Source: Phyllobates terribilis
Lineage: Eukaryota
Assembly (NCBI RefSeq): GCF_046119375.1
Contig: NW_027362771.1
Span: forward strand, 378,448,001-378,512,000
Direction: 5' to 3'
DNA: 64,000 nucleotides
Both the position numbers and the translations under genes were made by a program. This document shows, piece after piece, positions 63,966 to 64,000 of this stretch. How positions within the stretch are numbered: the first letter of the stretch is position 1; every line of letters begins with the position of its first letter. The notes under the pieces are model-generated. The model did not search any database. It was not told where the DNA came from and saw nothing but the letters and a program-made list of their open reading frames with translations.

Positions 63966-64000
63966 TCGGCAGTTCCTCAGCCTTCTTGTACCTTCTGCTA

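Larger units (their letters stand above)
58549..64000 (+). mobile_element. hAT DNA transposon 3 (right end outside window), inserted in the LTR repeat array
   Basis: Left end TAGTGTTGAGCATTCCGATAC followed by a CCGATA/TATCGG array; predicted TSD GTGAACAA (58541-58548). Confidence 0.9.

Overview
Vertebrate genomic DNA, most likely from a frog or toad (inferred from the repeat families). The only host gene is a minus-strand alpha7-type nicotinic acetylcholine receptor (chrna7). Five exons (equivalent to human exons 5-9; 80, 168, 195, 87 and 110 bp) have canonical AG/GT borders and splice into one open frame. Exons 1-4 and 10 were not found in the window. Most of the rest is nested transposon-derived DNA. 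There are three large degenerate hAT elements: hAT1 (<1-8756), hAT2 (10201-19123, perfect 8-bp TSD) and hAT3 (58549->64000). There are also two Tc1 elements, L1, CR1 and Penelope remnants, a Gypsy-type LTR family (one solo LTR and one pol-less provirus), TTAA-flanked T2/Kolobok-type foldback MITEs, Harbinger-type MITEs, piggyBac-type fragments, a V-SINE head and an 18S rRNA fragment. The most unusual structure is the 3' arm of hAT1. There, copies of the element's own repeat unit alternate with short foreign fragments (SGNH hydrolase, GIY-YIG, L1 RT, 18S), all antisense to the transposase. hAT2 has a comparable mosaic arm. Other leads are a 57-aa-repeat ORF replacing pol in the LTR element, ligand-site substitutions in the alpha7 exons, and a degenerate hammerhead ribozyme. 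Family names, identities and protein numbering come from manual reading and recalled sequences, not database searches. No CRISPR array or prokaryotic system is present.
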